Shown here: piece after piece, positions 37,857 through 50,535 of the stretch
How positions within the stretch are numbered: the stretch's first letter is position 1
Layout: each line of letters starts with the position of its first letter
Source: the human T2T-CHM13v2.0 reference genome, Homo sapiens
Direction: 5' to 3' (one strand)
Length of the DNA stretch: 64,000 bases
Assembly: GCF_009914755.1 (NCBI RefSeq)
Contig: NC_060925.1
The notes under the pieces: generated by a model
What the model was told of the DNA's origin: nothing
Database searches by the model: none
Seen by the model: the letters and a program-made list of their open reading frames with translations, nothing else
Translations under genes and position numbers: made by a program

Positions 37857-38196
37857 TTATAGTTATTTATGGTCCCAAAACAACACATTCGTTATAAAAA
37901 ATTTACAAATACAAACTTCAAGGAAGGAATAATCTACAGAAATTGAATGTGCCATTGAATATTCTAGTGTTTTATACTAAAAAGTGTATCAAACGTACTT
38001 TACCATGTGAGTGTTATTAACATCAGTCCACCTCCAAAAAGTGTGTGCATGTCACATGAGGATACGTTCCAAGCACACGGAAAGTGTTCAGTGATTGATC
38101 CAATCAGTAGTCATGCAGAGTAGGTGCTAATAAACACTACCCCGAGTGAGGATGCAGACACGGAGACGCAAAGGGCATAGGGGAATTTCCCCAAGT

Positions 38197-38266
38197 CAGA
38201 CAGATGAGTAACAGGGCAGCTGGACTCAAGACAGACTGATAAGTAACAGGACAGCTGGACTCAAGA
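38197..38266. repeat. 35-bp tandem duplication inside a MIR-like remnant
   Basis: cagacagatgagtaacagggcagctggactcaaga / cagactgataagtaacaggacagctggactcaaga. Confidence 0.85.
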
Positions 38267-38359
38267 ACGTGCTTCTAGAACCACAATGCTGCACTAACTC
38301 CTAATTGCAATTCCTGGTAACAGCTGAAGGATCTTCTGATTATATTGTAGTCCGTATTT

Positions 38360-39950
38360 AGTAGACTTTTTAGAAAATAAACAGACAAAAAATGCAAAAG
38401 TCATTAGCGTACAGCTCAAGTAGTCTTTGGAAACTGAACTCACCACAGCCTGCCCACAGATGCACAATCAGAAGTGAGTTAGCCCCCACGTAGACCCCCA
38501 GCCTGCATCCCAATACCCTCCCCAAAGAAACTGTGACTCTGCCTTCCTATAAAGTAGTTTTGCCTGGATTTGAAATTTATGTAAATAGAGTCACAAAACA
38601 TGCACTCTTTCATGCCTACCTTCTTTTACTAAACATTATGTAAGATTCAAGCACATTTACAGGTAGTTATGTTGGTGGTTTTTTCATTCTTACTCTGTAT
38701 TGTATGCTCTAAGAACAAAGAACAATTTGTTTATTTTGTTGTTCATGGCAACTTGTTTTCTATCTATGGCTATTATAAATAATACCCTGTGATCATTTTT
38801 AATTTGAAATTCACAACTTAAGAAGAGATAATCAGCACACCTTTACATCCACTAATAACACACAGATTGCATAGTACAAGCTAAAAGGATAACGCAAAAA
38901 AACAATACCACAGCTAAACTGACCATTTTGACTTTTATTAATTGGAGAAATTTATTGTAAATCATTTAAGTTTTATAAAACTATATACTTTTAAAAATAT
39001 ATATTAACCACTACAAAAAATTTATTCAGTAAAATATTTCACCTACATTTTAAAACATGTATTTTGGTAAACACATGTTTGCATTTCTGTTGCATATATA
39101 ACCAGGAGTGGGATATCTGGGTCATAGATGGGCACATATTCAGCTCTATCAGATACTATCAAACTGTTTTCCAGAGGTTTTATCAATTTATAGTCTCATT
39201 AGCAGTTATTTTAATCATCATAACCACACTGACAGATGTGCTATTTCATTGTGGTTTTAAAGTGTCATTTTTTGACAACTAGCCAAGTTGAAAACCTTTT
39301 CATACATTTATTGGAATGTACATTTTGTACATTTATTGGAATAATTTATTGGAATCATGGCTATCATATTTGTAAATTCCCATTCTAGTCTTTTGCCATT
39401 TTTAAGTGGATTTTCTGCTTCTTTATTGATTTGTAGGAATTTCTTCTATGTGTTCTATATGAATCCTTCATACATATATCTATTTATAAATATTTCCTTG
39501 TTTTCTATGGGTTGCTTTTTTACAATATTAATTTTTTAAAATAAATTTTAATTTAATGAAGTCCAACTTACTATGTTTTCCTTTAGTGTTAGCACTTTTG
39601 TTTTCTGTTTAAGAAATACTTGCTTACCTCATCATTATAATGTGTTGTTCTATATTTTCTTCTAAGAGATTATTTTACCTTTTATATTTCAATCTATACA
39701 GCCCATCTGAAATATATTTTCTTATCCTGTAGTGTAGGGATCAATATTCATTTTTTCCATGTGGATTGTGCAGTGGAGTCAGAACTATTAAAAGCATCCT
39801 GCATTTCCCACTCTGAGTGGTTGCCCTGGTCATAAATCCAATGTACATGTAGGTGTTGATCCATTTCTAGGCTTTATTTTCTGTTCCATCTGTTCATTTG
39901 ACAATTTGCACAGATACCATGCCGTATAAATTGGTATAGTTTTAAAGTAA
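38360..39950 (-). mobile_element. Ancient L1ME/MC 3' region, interrupted at ~38800-39045
   Basis: Antisense L1M 3' motifs (ggctattataaataat...acatgtattttggtaaacacatg; tttaatgaagtccaactta). Confidence 0.65.
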
Positions 39951-39959
39951 AGCACATGG

Positions 39960-40524
39960 AAATTGGCTGCCACCAGCAAGGAATGGTGGTATCTGTGAGA
40001 GGAGTTGACATTTGAAGAGTAACTCCCAGGGCTTTGTTTGAGAGTGCTAATTTAGAAGAGTACAAAGAATGGCTGGAAATAATGTGTTAATATCCACCAC
40101 TGGGAGCACTAACTTGGCTGACTCTTCCATTTTCAATGCTAAAATTTACTGAAACCTCCAAGGAAAACTCATACTTCACATTTTGAAGAATAAATGCCTC
40201 AGATGGAAGAGAGTGATATTGATTCAAGAACCTGGAAAACAAAAACTTATAAGAGGCATGAAGACTATTAATATAATGGAAGTCTTTGTTATGAAGATAA
40301 AGTTGTCTTGGAAAATCACATGAAACAATAAAAAGTGTTATTAATATGGAAATTAAAATGTGCTGTGTGAAGGAGTCAGTGGATGAATTTGAAGGTTTGG
40401 ATTCTCCGGAATTTGAAAATTTATTCATGGTCTTGAACTTTAGGGTTTCACTTTTAATGACCTGTGCAAGGCTGAGTGTAGAGTTAGTGCAGCACCAGTT
40501 GTATTCAATTGTTCACATAAAGGA
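39960..40524 (+). pseudogene. ECT2 processed pseudogene fragment: 5'UTR plus ~160 N-terminal codons, intronless
   Basis: ATG at 40069 gives MAGNNVLISTTGSTNLADSSIFNAK vs recalled ECT2 MAENSVLTSTTGRTSLADSSIFDSK. MEIKMCCVKESVDEFEGLDSPEFENLFMV aligns to MDIKVGFVKMESVEEFEGLDSPEFENVFVV. Ends at ccagttgtattcaattgttcacataaagga (PVVLNCSQKG). Multiple frameshifts and stops. Confidence 0.9.
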
Positions 40525-40539
40525 ATGAATGTTCTAAAA

Positions 40540-40602
40540 GCAGTGACAACCCAGTAGCAATGAATGAGCACACGGAGTGCCTAGATCTTGGTTTCTAAAT
40601 GC
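40540..40602 (+). mobile_element. Short L1MC-type 3'UTR fragment
   Basis: gacaacccagtagcaatg...gagcacac...tgcctagatcttggtttctaaat. Confidence 0.55.
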
Positions 40603-43343
40603 TAATGGTAGTTTGTATTTCTGTGGGATCAGTGGTGATATCCCGTTTATCATTTTTCATTGTGTCTATTTGACTCTTCTCTCTTCTTTATTAGTCTAGC
40701 TAGTGGTCCATCTATTTTGTTAATCTTTTAAAAAAAAAACCCAGTTCCTGGATTCATTGATTTTCTGAAGGGATTTTCGTGTTTCTATTTCATTCAGTCT
40801 TGCTCTCATCTTAGTCATTTCTTGTCTTCTGCTAGCTTTTGAGTTTGCTCTTGCTCCTCTAGTTCTATTAATTGTGATGTTAGGGTGTCAATTTTAGATC
40901 TTTCCAGCTTTCTGTTATGGGCCTTTAGTGTTATAAATTTCCCTCTTAACAGTGCTTGAGCTGTGTGTCCTAGAGATTCTGGTATGTTGTGTTTTGTGCT
41001 CATTTGGTTTCAGATAAATTATTTCTGCCTTAATTTTGTTACTCAGTCATTCAAGAACAGGTTGTTCAGTTTCCATGTAGTTGTGCGGTTTTGAGTGAGT
41101 TTCTTAATCCTGAGTTCTAATTTGATAGTACTGCGATTTGAGAGACGGTTACGGTTTCCATTCTTTTGGAATTGCTGGGGAGTGTTTTACATCCAGTTAT
41201 GTGGCCAATTTTAGCATACATGCTATGTGGCACTGAGAATGTATGTTCTGTTCATTTGGGGTGGAGAGTCCTGTAGGTGTCTGTTCAGTCCGCTTGGTCC
41301 AGCCTCTCTTACCACTCCTATTCAACATAGTATTGGATGTTCTGGCCAGAGCAATCACGCAAGAGAAATAAAGGTATTCAAATAGGAAGAGAGAAAGTCA
41401 AATTTTCTGTTTGCAGAGGACATGATTGTATATTTAGAAAACCCCATCGACTCACCCCCAGAACTCAAGCTGATAAGCAACTTCAGCAAAGTCTCAGGAT
41501 ACAAAATCAATGTGCAAAAATCACAAGCAATCCTGTACACCAACAATAGACAAGCCAAGAACAAAATCATGAGTGAACCCCATTCACAATTGCTACAAAG
41601 AATAAAATACCTAGCAATACAATTTACAAGGGATATGAAGGGCCTCTTCAAGGAGAACTACAAACCACTACTTAAGGAAATAAGAGACAACACAAACAAA
41701 TGGAAAAACATTCCATGCTCATGGATAGGAACAATTAATATCGTGAAAATGGCCATACTGCCCAAAGTAATTTTAGATCCAATGCAATTCCCATCAAGCT
41801 ACTAATGACTTTCTTCACAGAATTAGGAAACTATTTGAAATTTCATATAGAACCAAAAAAGAGCCAGTAGAGCCAAAACAATCCTAAGCAAAAAGAAGCT
41901 GGGGGCATCACACTACCTAAATTCAAACTATACTACAAGGCTACAGTGACCAAAACAGCATGGTACCTGTACCAAAAACAGATATATAGACCAATGGAAC
42001 AGAACAGAGACCTCAGCAATAACACCACATATCTACTACCATCTGTTCTTTGATAAACCTGATACAAACAAGCAATGGGACAAGGATTCCCTATTTAGTA
42101 AGTGGTGCTGGGAAAACTGGCTAGCCATATGCAGAAAACTGAAACTGGACCCATTCCTTACACATTATACAAAAATTAACTCAAGATACATTTAAATCTT
42201 TAACTTAAAACCCAAAACCATAAAAACCCTAGAAGAAAACCTAGTAATACCATTCAGGACACAGGGATGGACAAGGACTTCATGACTAAAACACCAAAAG
42301 CAATTGCAACAAAGCCAAAATCAACAAATGGGATTTAATTAAACTAAAGAGCTTCTGCACAGCAAAAGAAACTATCACCAGAGTGAACAAGAGACCTACA
42401 GAATGGGGGAAAATTTTTGCAAGCTACCCATCTGACAAAGGTCTTGTATCCAGAATCTACAAGAAAGTTAAACAGATTTACAAGAAAAAACAATCCCATC
42501 AAAAAGTGGGTGAAGGGTATGAACAGACACTTCTCAAAAGACATTTATGTGGCTATTAAACATGGAAAAAAGCTCATCACTGGTCATTAGAGAAATGCAA
42601 ATCAAAACCACGATGAGATACCATCTCACGCCAGTTGGAATGGTGATTATTAAAAAGTCAGGAAACAACAGATGCTGGCAAGGCTGTGGAAAAATAGAAA
42701 TGCTTTTACACTGTTGGTGGAAGTGTAAATTAGTTCAGTCATTGTGGAAGATAGTGTGGAATTCCTCAAGGATCTAGAACCAGAAATACCATTTGACCCA
42801 GCAATCTAATTGCTAGGTATATACCCAAAGGATTAGAAATCATTCTACTATAAAGACACATTCACACATATGTTTATTGCAGCACTATTTACAACAGCAA
42901 AGACTTGGGACCAACCAAAATGCCCATCAATGATGGATTGGATAAAGAAAATGTGGCACATACACACCCTGGAATACTATGCAGCCATGAGTTCATGTCC
43001 TTCGCAGGGACATGGATGAAGCTGGAAGCCATCATTCTCAGCAAACTAACACAGAAACAGAAAACCAAACACCGCATGTTCTCACCCGTAAGTGGGAGTT
43101 GAACAGTGAGAACACATGGACACAGTGAGGGGAGCATCACACACTGGGGCCTGTTGGGTGGTGGTGGGGGAAGGGGAGGGAGAGCATTAGGAAAAATACC
43201 TAATGCATGTGGGGCTTGAAACCTAGATGATGGGTTAATGGGTGCAGCAAATCACCATGGCACATTATACCTATATTATACCTGTGTAACAAACCTGCAC
43301 ATTCTACACATGTATCCCAGAACTTAAAGTAAAATTTAAAAAA
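40603..43343 (+). mobile_element. L1PA (about PA7/8) with 5' inversion
   Basis: 40603-41302 antisense 5' part of ORF2; 41303-43343 sense RT to 3'UTR and A-tail; [11 protein letters not shown]...[19 protein letters not shown]. Confidence 0.88.
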
Positions 43344-43429
43344 GCTCTAGAGTCTTTGTGTGGTGTTAAACCATATCTCTAAACAAAATGATACTAAACA
43401 AAATTTAAAAATACTAATATGTGTGATTT

Positions 43430-43573
43430 GTTGTTTGCAACTTTCTCTCGTGTTCATACTCCCAACGTGGGTAAATTCAGGTTGCTAATATGATGTCACT
43501 GACCACACAGTTGGGAAAGGATATGAATAATCATATCTCACCAGCTAGTGCAAGCTGGCCCCAGCACAACACT
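43430..43573. mobile_element. hAT-type (MER63-like) DNA transposon remnant
   Basis: Terminal agctagtgcaagctggccccagcacaacactg resembles the MER63 TIR. Confidence 0.4.
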
Positions 43574-43729
43574 GCAGAAATGTTAGAACAGAGACTACTT
43601 CCAGGAGGAGAAAATAAGGAGGGTTAACAGGACAAAATAATAGGAATAAATTTCTGAGGTGAGAAATGACACCTGTCTCAAATCCAAAAGGTATGGTATA
43701 GATACTAAACTGGGTAAATGAACCCAACA

Positions 43730-44035
43730 TTTTTATTTTATTATTATTACTTTATATTTTTGAGACAGTCTTGCTCTGTCACTTAGGCTGGAGTGCAGTC
43801 GCACGATCTCACTGCAACCTCTGCCTCCTGGGTTTAAGCGATTATCCTTCCTCAGCCTCTGAAGTAGCTGGCATTACAGGCTGTGCCACCACGTCCAGCT
43901 AATTTTTGTATTTTAGTAGAAACTTGGTTTCACCATGTTGGCCAGGCTGTTCTTGAATTCCTGACCTCAAGCGATCCACCCCGCCTTGGCCTCCCAAAAT
44001 GCTGGGATTACAGGTGTGAGCCACTGTGCCTGACC
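43730..44035 (-). mobile_element. AluS
   Basis: T-rich tail then gagacagtcttgctctgtc...gagccactgtgcctgacc. Confidence 0.92.
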
Positions 44036-45270
44036 AACAGTAGCTGTTTTTTTCTGCTTCTCTCTTTCCTCCCACCCTCCATCCTCTAGTGGGATCCAGT
44101 GTCTGTTGTTCCCCTTTGTGTCCTCATCATTTAGCTCCCACTTACAAGTGAGAACATGCAATATTTGGTTTTCTGTTCCTGTGTTAGTTTGCTAAGAATG
44201 ATAGCCTCCAACTTCGTCCATGTTTCTGCAAACAACATGATCTCATTCTTTTCATGACTGCATAGTATCGCATGATATATATGTATCACATTTTCTTTAT
44301 CCAGTCTACCATTGATGGGCGTTTAGGTCGACTCTATGTCTTTGCTATTATGAACAGTGCTGTTATGAACACATGCAAGTATGTGTCCTTATGATAGAAC
44401 AATTTATGTTCTTTTGGGTATATACCAAGTAATGAGACTGCTGAGTCGAATGCTAGTTCTGTCTTTATATCTTTGAGGAATTGCCATAGTGTTATTCACA
44501 ATGATTGAACTAATTTACACTCCCACCACCAGTGCATATGTTCCCTTTTCTCTGCAATCTCATCAACATGTTATTTTTTGACTTTTTGATAATAGTCACG
44601 CTGACAGGTGTAAGATGGCTTCCCAATGTGGGTTTGATTTTCATTTCTCTAATGATCACAGATGTTGAGATTTTTCTCATATGCTTCTTGGCCACAAGAA
44701 TATCTTCTTTTGAAAAGTGTCTGTACATGTCCTTTGCCTACTTTTTAATTTTTTTCTTGTAAATTTAAGTTTCCTATAGATACTGGACATTAGACCTTTG
44801 TCAGATGCATAGTTTGTAAATATTTTCTCCCATTCTGTAAGTTGTCTGTTTATTCTGTTGATAGTTTCTTTTGCTGTGCAGAAGCTCCTTAGTTAGATTC
44901 CATTTGTCAGTTTTTGCTTTTGGCATCTTCATCATGAAATCTTTGCCCATTCTTATATGCTGAAAGGTATTGCCTGGGTTGTCTTCTGGGGTTTCTAGAG
45001 GTTTGGATTTTGCATTTAAGTCTTTAATTCATCTTGAGTTGATTTTTGTAAATGGTGTGAGGAAGTGGTCCAGTTCTAATCTTTTGCATATGAGTAGCCA
45101 GTTTTCCCAGTACCATTTATTAAATAGGGAGTCCTCTCCCCATTGCTTATGTTTTAAGCTTTGTCAAAGATCAGATGGTTGTTGGTTTGTGGCCTTGCTT
45201 CCGAGTTCTCTATTCTGTTGCTCTATGTGTCTGTTTTTTGGACAAGTGCCATGCTGTTTGGTTACTGTAT
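44036..45270 (-). mobile_element. L1PA (older) 3' portion
   Basis: tttagctcccacttacaagtgagaacatg; ORF2 C-terminal remnant [15 protein letters not shown]. Confidence 0.85.
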
Positions 45271-46099
45271 AATCTTGATGTGGTCCCAAAATGGGAGGAA
45301 GTGCAATATGCTCCACCTGGAGAGGGAGATGGAGAATGCCAAAGATTTCTGGAGAGGTGGACTAAGGCAGACCCTAGAGGGCTTGGTAGGGACGATAATC
45401 ATTTCTACCACACAGTGTTGTTAAAAGATTCAGATGCAAAATCTCCCATAAATCATAGCAGGAACTACACAATCCATAAAAAGCAACCTAGTAAGATTTC
45501 AGTGAGTAGGCTACTAATTAATCAGTATGTTTCCCCTAAGCCAGCAAAAACCAATTCTAAAACAGAGTGAGAAGAAACCTACTCCAGAAAGCGAGCATAG
45601 AAATACAGGTCTAGAATTAAAGGTTCACAACATGTGCAATATCTGTGGTGAAGCATCATCACACTCTTCAAATTGGACAAAGACAGCTGGATGGAAGTCT
45701 CTACATGGTACACAGGTAGATTTCACTTAAAATAGTACAAAAATCCCAATATGACCTTTATCAAGCTTTGTTGATTTATTATTCTTGTTATGCTGGTTCT
45801 ATTGTTCATACCTCCCAATTCTGTGAGCTGCTGTACGAAAAATAAAGCGTCTCCGTGCTAAAAGAAAAAAGCCAAAGAACAAGGCGGCCTCCACACTTCT
45901 ACCATCTAAATCTCCTCACGTGCACCTCATCAATAGAACCTAAATTACTGGTGAATCTCAGATACCATGGAGTTTGTATACATAGATTTTAGTTTTCCAG
46001 CTTTACCAGTCAAAAGACATATGAAGAAGTTGGGATGAAAACAAGCAAGCCAACTACAGTATCCTCGGCTTCTGCAACACACATTTAGGTTTTGCCTTT

Positions 46100-47700
46100 A
46101 CTTCAATACCCTTTCTCTTTCAATAGGTCTGTCCGTTCAATTTATGCAAATTATGCAATTTCAATTTATGGAAATTAGAAATGGTTGGTCTCTTTTCTGA
46201 CACCTTATTTTTGCTATGCTTCCTTTTTTAACTTTTTATTTCTCCCCATGTATAGTTAATTATGTGTTTGTGTTTGAGAGCTCGGTTTTTAAAATTAAAA
46301 TTTTTTACTTTTTCATTTTATTCATTTTTTCCAACCTCAGAAGAGCACATTGTTCTTTTAGATCTTTGGATTACTCTTATATTTCAAATAATATGCTCAA
46401 ATGTCTAGTTTTTCCACAATCTAATTACTATTTAAGTACATTTACACATTTGCCACTCTCTCCACCATGCACTCAATTTTAGTTTTTCAGTTACATTATT
46501 CCTCTTAAAACCTTTTAGCATATCCCTATACTTTAATCATATAATTATATCCGTATTAACTGATTCATCAAGTATAAATTGTAAAGAGGTTGGTCTGCCA
46601 AGGAAGGTATGGATTTTGTGAAGATATAAAAGAAAATAAAAGACATGTAAATACTGGTAGAAGGAGACATCTTTATTAGTCATTTCCACATCCATCTCCC
46701 CAGTTTCTAGATTTTTTTATATTGTTATCACAGTCTATATTGTCTCAGTTTGTTACATTTCTATTTTAGTCATACCTTCATTTACTTATTCATATAGAGT
46801 CATTTTCTCATGTGTTTTTATTAAATGCTTTTACATATTATCAGGAACCTTTCCATTATAGTTTCTCCAGGCATCCTTTGGTGGGTTAAGGTTTGTCCTC
46901 AACCTGTTTTATTGTGATGTATATATGTGGCTATTCTACTTTTCCTTTCTCTTAAATCTTAAAGAATGGCTTTGTTTTTTAAAAGATATTCCACTAAAAT
47001 ATTGTTAAGTATTGCTCTATTTTTTATCATTTAATATAAATAAAATTCAAAGACCGGCCTAATACCACTATATTGTGATATTTTGCCTAGATTTCCTAGT
47101 AATTCTAACTTAGACACACACAGTACCATATTTTTGTGGGACATATCTGGATATAGAAAATACTATATCACATTTTGAAAAAGTATCTGCATGTACATTT
47201 TCATTCTAATCATTTACATGTATTTTTCAACCACAATATTTATGTTTGACCCTTTTTGTTGGTTTCCAAATCCACTGACACTTTTTAACCTCTCTCTTTA
47301 TTTTCCTCAGGATTTTTAAGCCTCTTTTTCTGGTCCTTCATTATTTTTAAGCTGTTTCTCTTCATTTGTTAACATATTTTTATTTTACTTTTATCTTCTA
47401 TTTATTCTCTAACATCTGTCACCTCAGTATTGATTTCTGTTTTTGCTTTATACCGATTCCTTTGACCCTCATGTAGCATTTGAATTCTATTACAAAGAAA
47501 TATCAGATTTCATTTCAACTTTATTTCAAGGGAACCAACTTTTCATAATTTTGGTAGATATTATGTTGTATGTTTTCTATTTTGCTTTAGCTTTCTTTTT
47601 ACTTTTGATATATGATGTTGCCTAAAACGAAATATTTAAGTAAATGTATTTCCATTCCTAGCTACCTATGTGTTTTAGGCAGATATGAGTTTTGAAATGT
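46100..47700 (-). mobile_element. Highly decayed L1M fragments
   Basis: T-rich antisense L1-like composition with few recognisable motifs. Confidence 0.4.
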
Positions 47701-48099
47701 ATTTGAAACCTTTTGGATCCTTTATATATGCTACATAGCTTTCATAGGACACCAAGCGACGCAGTTTTACAGCCTTGTCTTGTATATTCTGTCCTATCCA
47801 TTGTTACATGTCTGAGACCAAATTTGGCTGTTTTTATCATTTCTCTTAAACATCAGAACCTCATCTCCATCATTTTTCTGTAAACCTTGCTTTGAATTCT
47901 TCAGTCTCTCCTATCTTTAGTTATCTAATAACACATGCAATTTAATTCAGACTGATAAAGGATATTGTCTTAAATCTTTCTGCCTCTCTTTTGTCCTTAC
48001 TGTGCCCCCAGTGACCAGCATAGGAATGGGCACAAAGCAGGCACCTGACTGTGGAGTGAATAAACCAATGCCTGGCAACATTTAGAATTTATAATCGGC

Positions 48100-48530
48100 A
48101 AATCCACTACTTAATTATATTGAGAGGATTAATTTAAAACAATCAACTTGAAAACAGTTAAAATGGTAGCTCAGTTCATTTACTGAAAACAAAGGAAGCA
48201 TTTTAAACAATTCTCTTGGTCTTCGTAACCTTTCGGGACTAGCCCCCTAATTACCTGCAAGAATAGAAGAGCCCAGGGACCTCCTGAGAAGCCCAGTTTC
48301 CTCCGTGTTCCTTATGCTTTTTCCCTTCGTGGAAAAAAGTGATTGCACCTTTCTTTCCATTTCCTAATTCTACATCATGCCTTGTATTTAGCTGGAGACT
48401 CACTCAGAGTGGGAGAGCCTGAGAGAAGAGCTGGAGACAAGCAAGGTCTGCAGGGGATTCCAGGGCAGGCCGGCCCATGACCTGGCCAGCCCTGCCATGA
48501 CCTGCTTTCCCACCCAGGTAAGCTGCTTAC
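48100..48530 (+). promoter_or_regulatory. Orphan OR-type promoter/enhancer-like element
   Basis: TAATTA at 48113-48118 and 48248-48253; GCCCAGGGA at 48271-48279; further EBF half-sites; CAG|GTAAGC at 48517. Confidence 0.35.
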
Positions 48531-48849
48531 ACTTCCGAGGTGAAACTATTAGAAAATTAAGAAAAAAAAATTAGACGTGTGTAAATTTAGGAGGCACAAC
48601 ATTTCCCTGGAGTTGAAGGGAACTATACTAAGTTCTACAGAACTTGAGTATTTGAAGATGCTTAAATTATCATTGTGCTCTATTCAGCCACAAGGATCTT
48701 GTGCTATAAATTTATCGTAGAATTTGCTGTTAAAACACACCCACACTAAAGAAGCCACCACATTACTCTATTTGTGACTTTTGTTGCAGAAATATTACTA
48801 TACATTTATTTTTCATATTTCAGCTGTGAATTTTTAAAATCACATTCAA

Positions 48850-50345
48850 AGGCATGAAGAGTTAGGTAGTGAATTGTTTACTAAAGTGTCATTTTAAAAG
48901 AAATTCAAAAGTTTGTTTTACAAGTTTAAACATTTCATGTATACTAATCAGGGTCAGCCTTAATGAAGCTATGGTCTACTTAGAATCAAAACCTGCATAT
49001 TAAGCTATTAAATGTTACTCAACAAAGTCACTGAAAATTTCTAGTGCCATAATCTGATGAAAACAGAAAAGTTATTTCTCCTCAATAGATTGTCAATGGT
49101 TATGGTAAAAAATTAACCAGTGAAATGTGTGGTTCCTTGGCACGACTGCAACACAATTCTGGGAAAATACTACAAGTCTCAAACTTTCCATTGTGATTCA
49201 CTGAACTAAGGAAGCATTACTCAGTAAATTATTATGAAAATTTAGTAAAAAGTTAGGTGAAACTAGGTCCTGTTATCACATTAATTTAAAATATCAAATC
49301 GATTAAAGGTTTACATGTGGAAAATAAAAATATAAAACAAGACACATGAATGGGTAAAGATTTAGCTAAACGGTGAGCAAAGGCAATGAAGAAAACATGG
49401 AAAGTAAAATTAGTATTTGAAAACTGAAAACAATCTCTGAATAAAACAAATTTTTTCTAATTAGGAAATTTATGGTTCACATGACGAATCAAAGGCTGAG
49501 GATCGGTAATGTGTAAGATTCTCTTGCATATTCATAAGACAGACATGGCAATTTTTAAAATGACACAAACATGTTAGTAAACAATTTGTGGAAGACTTGT
49601 ACATACAAAATAAGACAATGACAAAAAGCACAAAAATGTCCATTAATTTGTTGAATAACAGAGAGGCAAAAAAATGTGTGATTATCAGTGTTGCTGTGAG
49701 TCAGTGAAAACACCAGTGCGGCCTTTTGTGGTATGCCGGGGTAGATCACTGACGGGTACAACCCGAGTATATGAACATGAAAGGGACACTGTTTAATAAA
49801 AATGTAATAACCGATACAATAAAGGAATTCCTTACACAGATATTCATTATAGTATTGTTTTAGATTAGTAAAAAATTGGAAGAAATCTACATTGGAAATA
49901 AGAAAACTCAGATTCTGTTATTAAGGTAAATTGTGAAGTTATATTCAAAACAATATTTTTAAAAAGTAAACACTGAAAATATGTACACAAGAATATTTAT
50001 GCAGATGTAGAGCTATATACAGCATGATTCTAATCTATAGTATTTTAATATATCTATGTATCTATATATTAAAAATATCATTTTCTCCCACAAAAAATAA
50101 GTATGTGAGATGGATATGTTAATTATCATGACATGGTCATTCCACAATGTGTACATGTATTGAAATATCTCACTGTACCCAAATATATATACAATTGTCA
50201 ATTAAAAACAATTTTCAAAATCCTATTTTGAAAATTTTTATTCTGACTTGATCATTATACAATGTATATATGTGTCAAAACATCACCCCATACCCCATAA
50301 AAATATACAATTGTTATGAGTCGATTAAAAACAAAATAAACTAAA
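48850..50345 (+). mobile_element. Decayed L1ME 3' region and L1M 3' ends
   Basis: gtcagccttaatgaagctatgg; L1M 3' terminus repeated (cattccacaatgtgtac / cattatacaatgtatat). Confidence 0.5.
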
Positions 50346-50535
50346 ATTTTTACAAAGAAAAAATTTTATAGTAAATGTGGTAGGATTTATTTTATACCTT
50401 TATTTCTCCTTTTAGTTCCATCTATGTCTTAAATTATGTATAGCACTCACAGATGTATTTATAGAGTGAAAAAGATGTTTTAAAAAGATAATATAGTTTT
50501 AATCATAAGAAATTATTGACATGAATTTTTTTTGT

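Noticed and set aside
40087-40428. 113-aa minus-strand ORF
   Set aside because: Antisense shadow of the ECT2 pseudogene fragment
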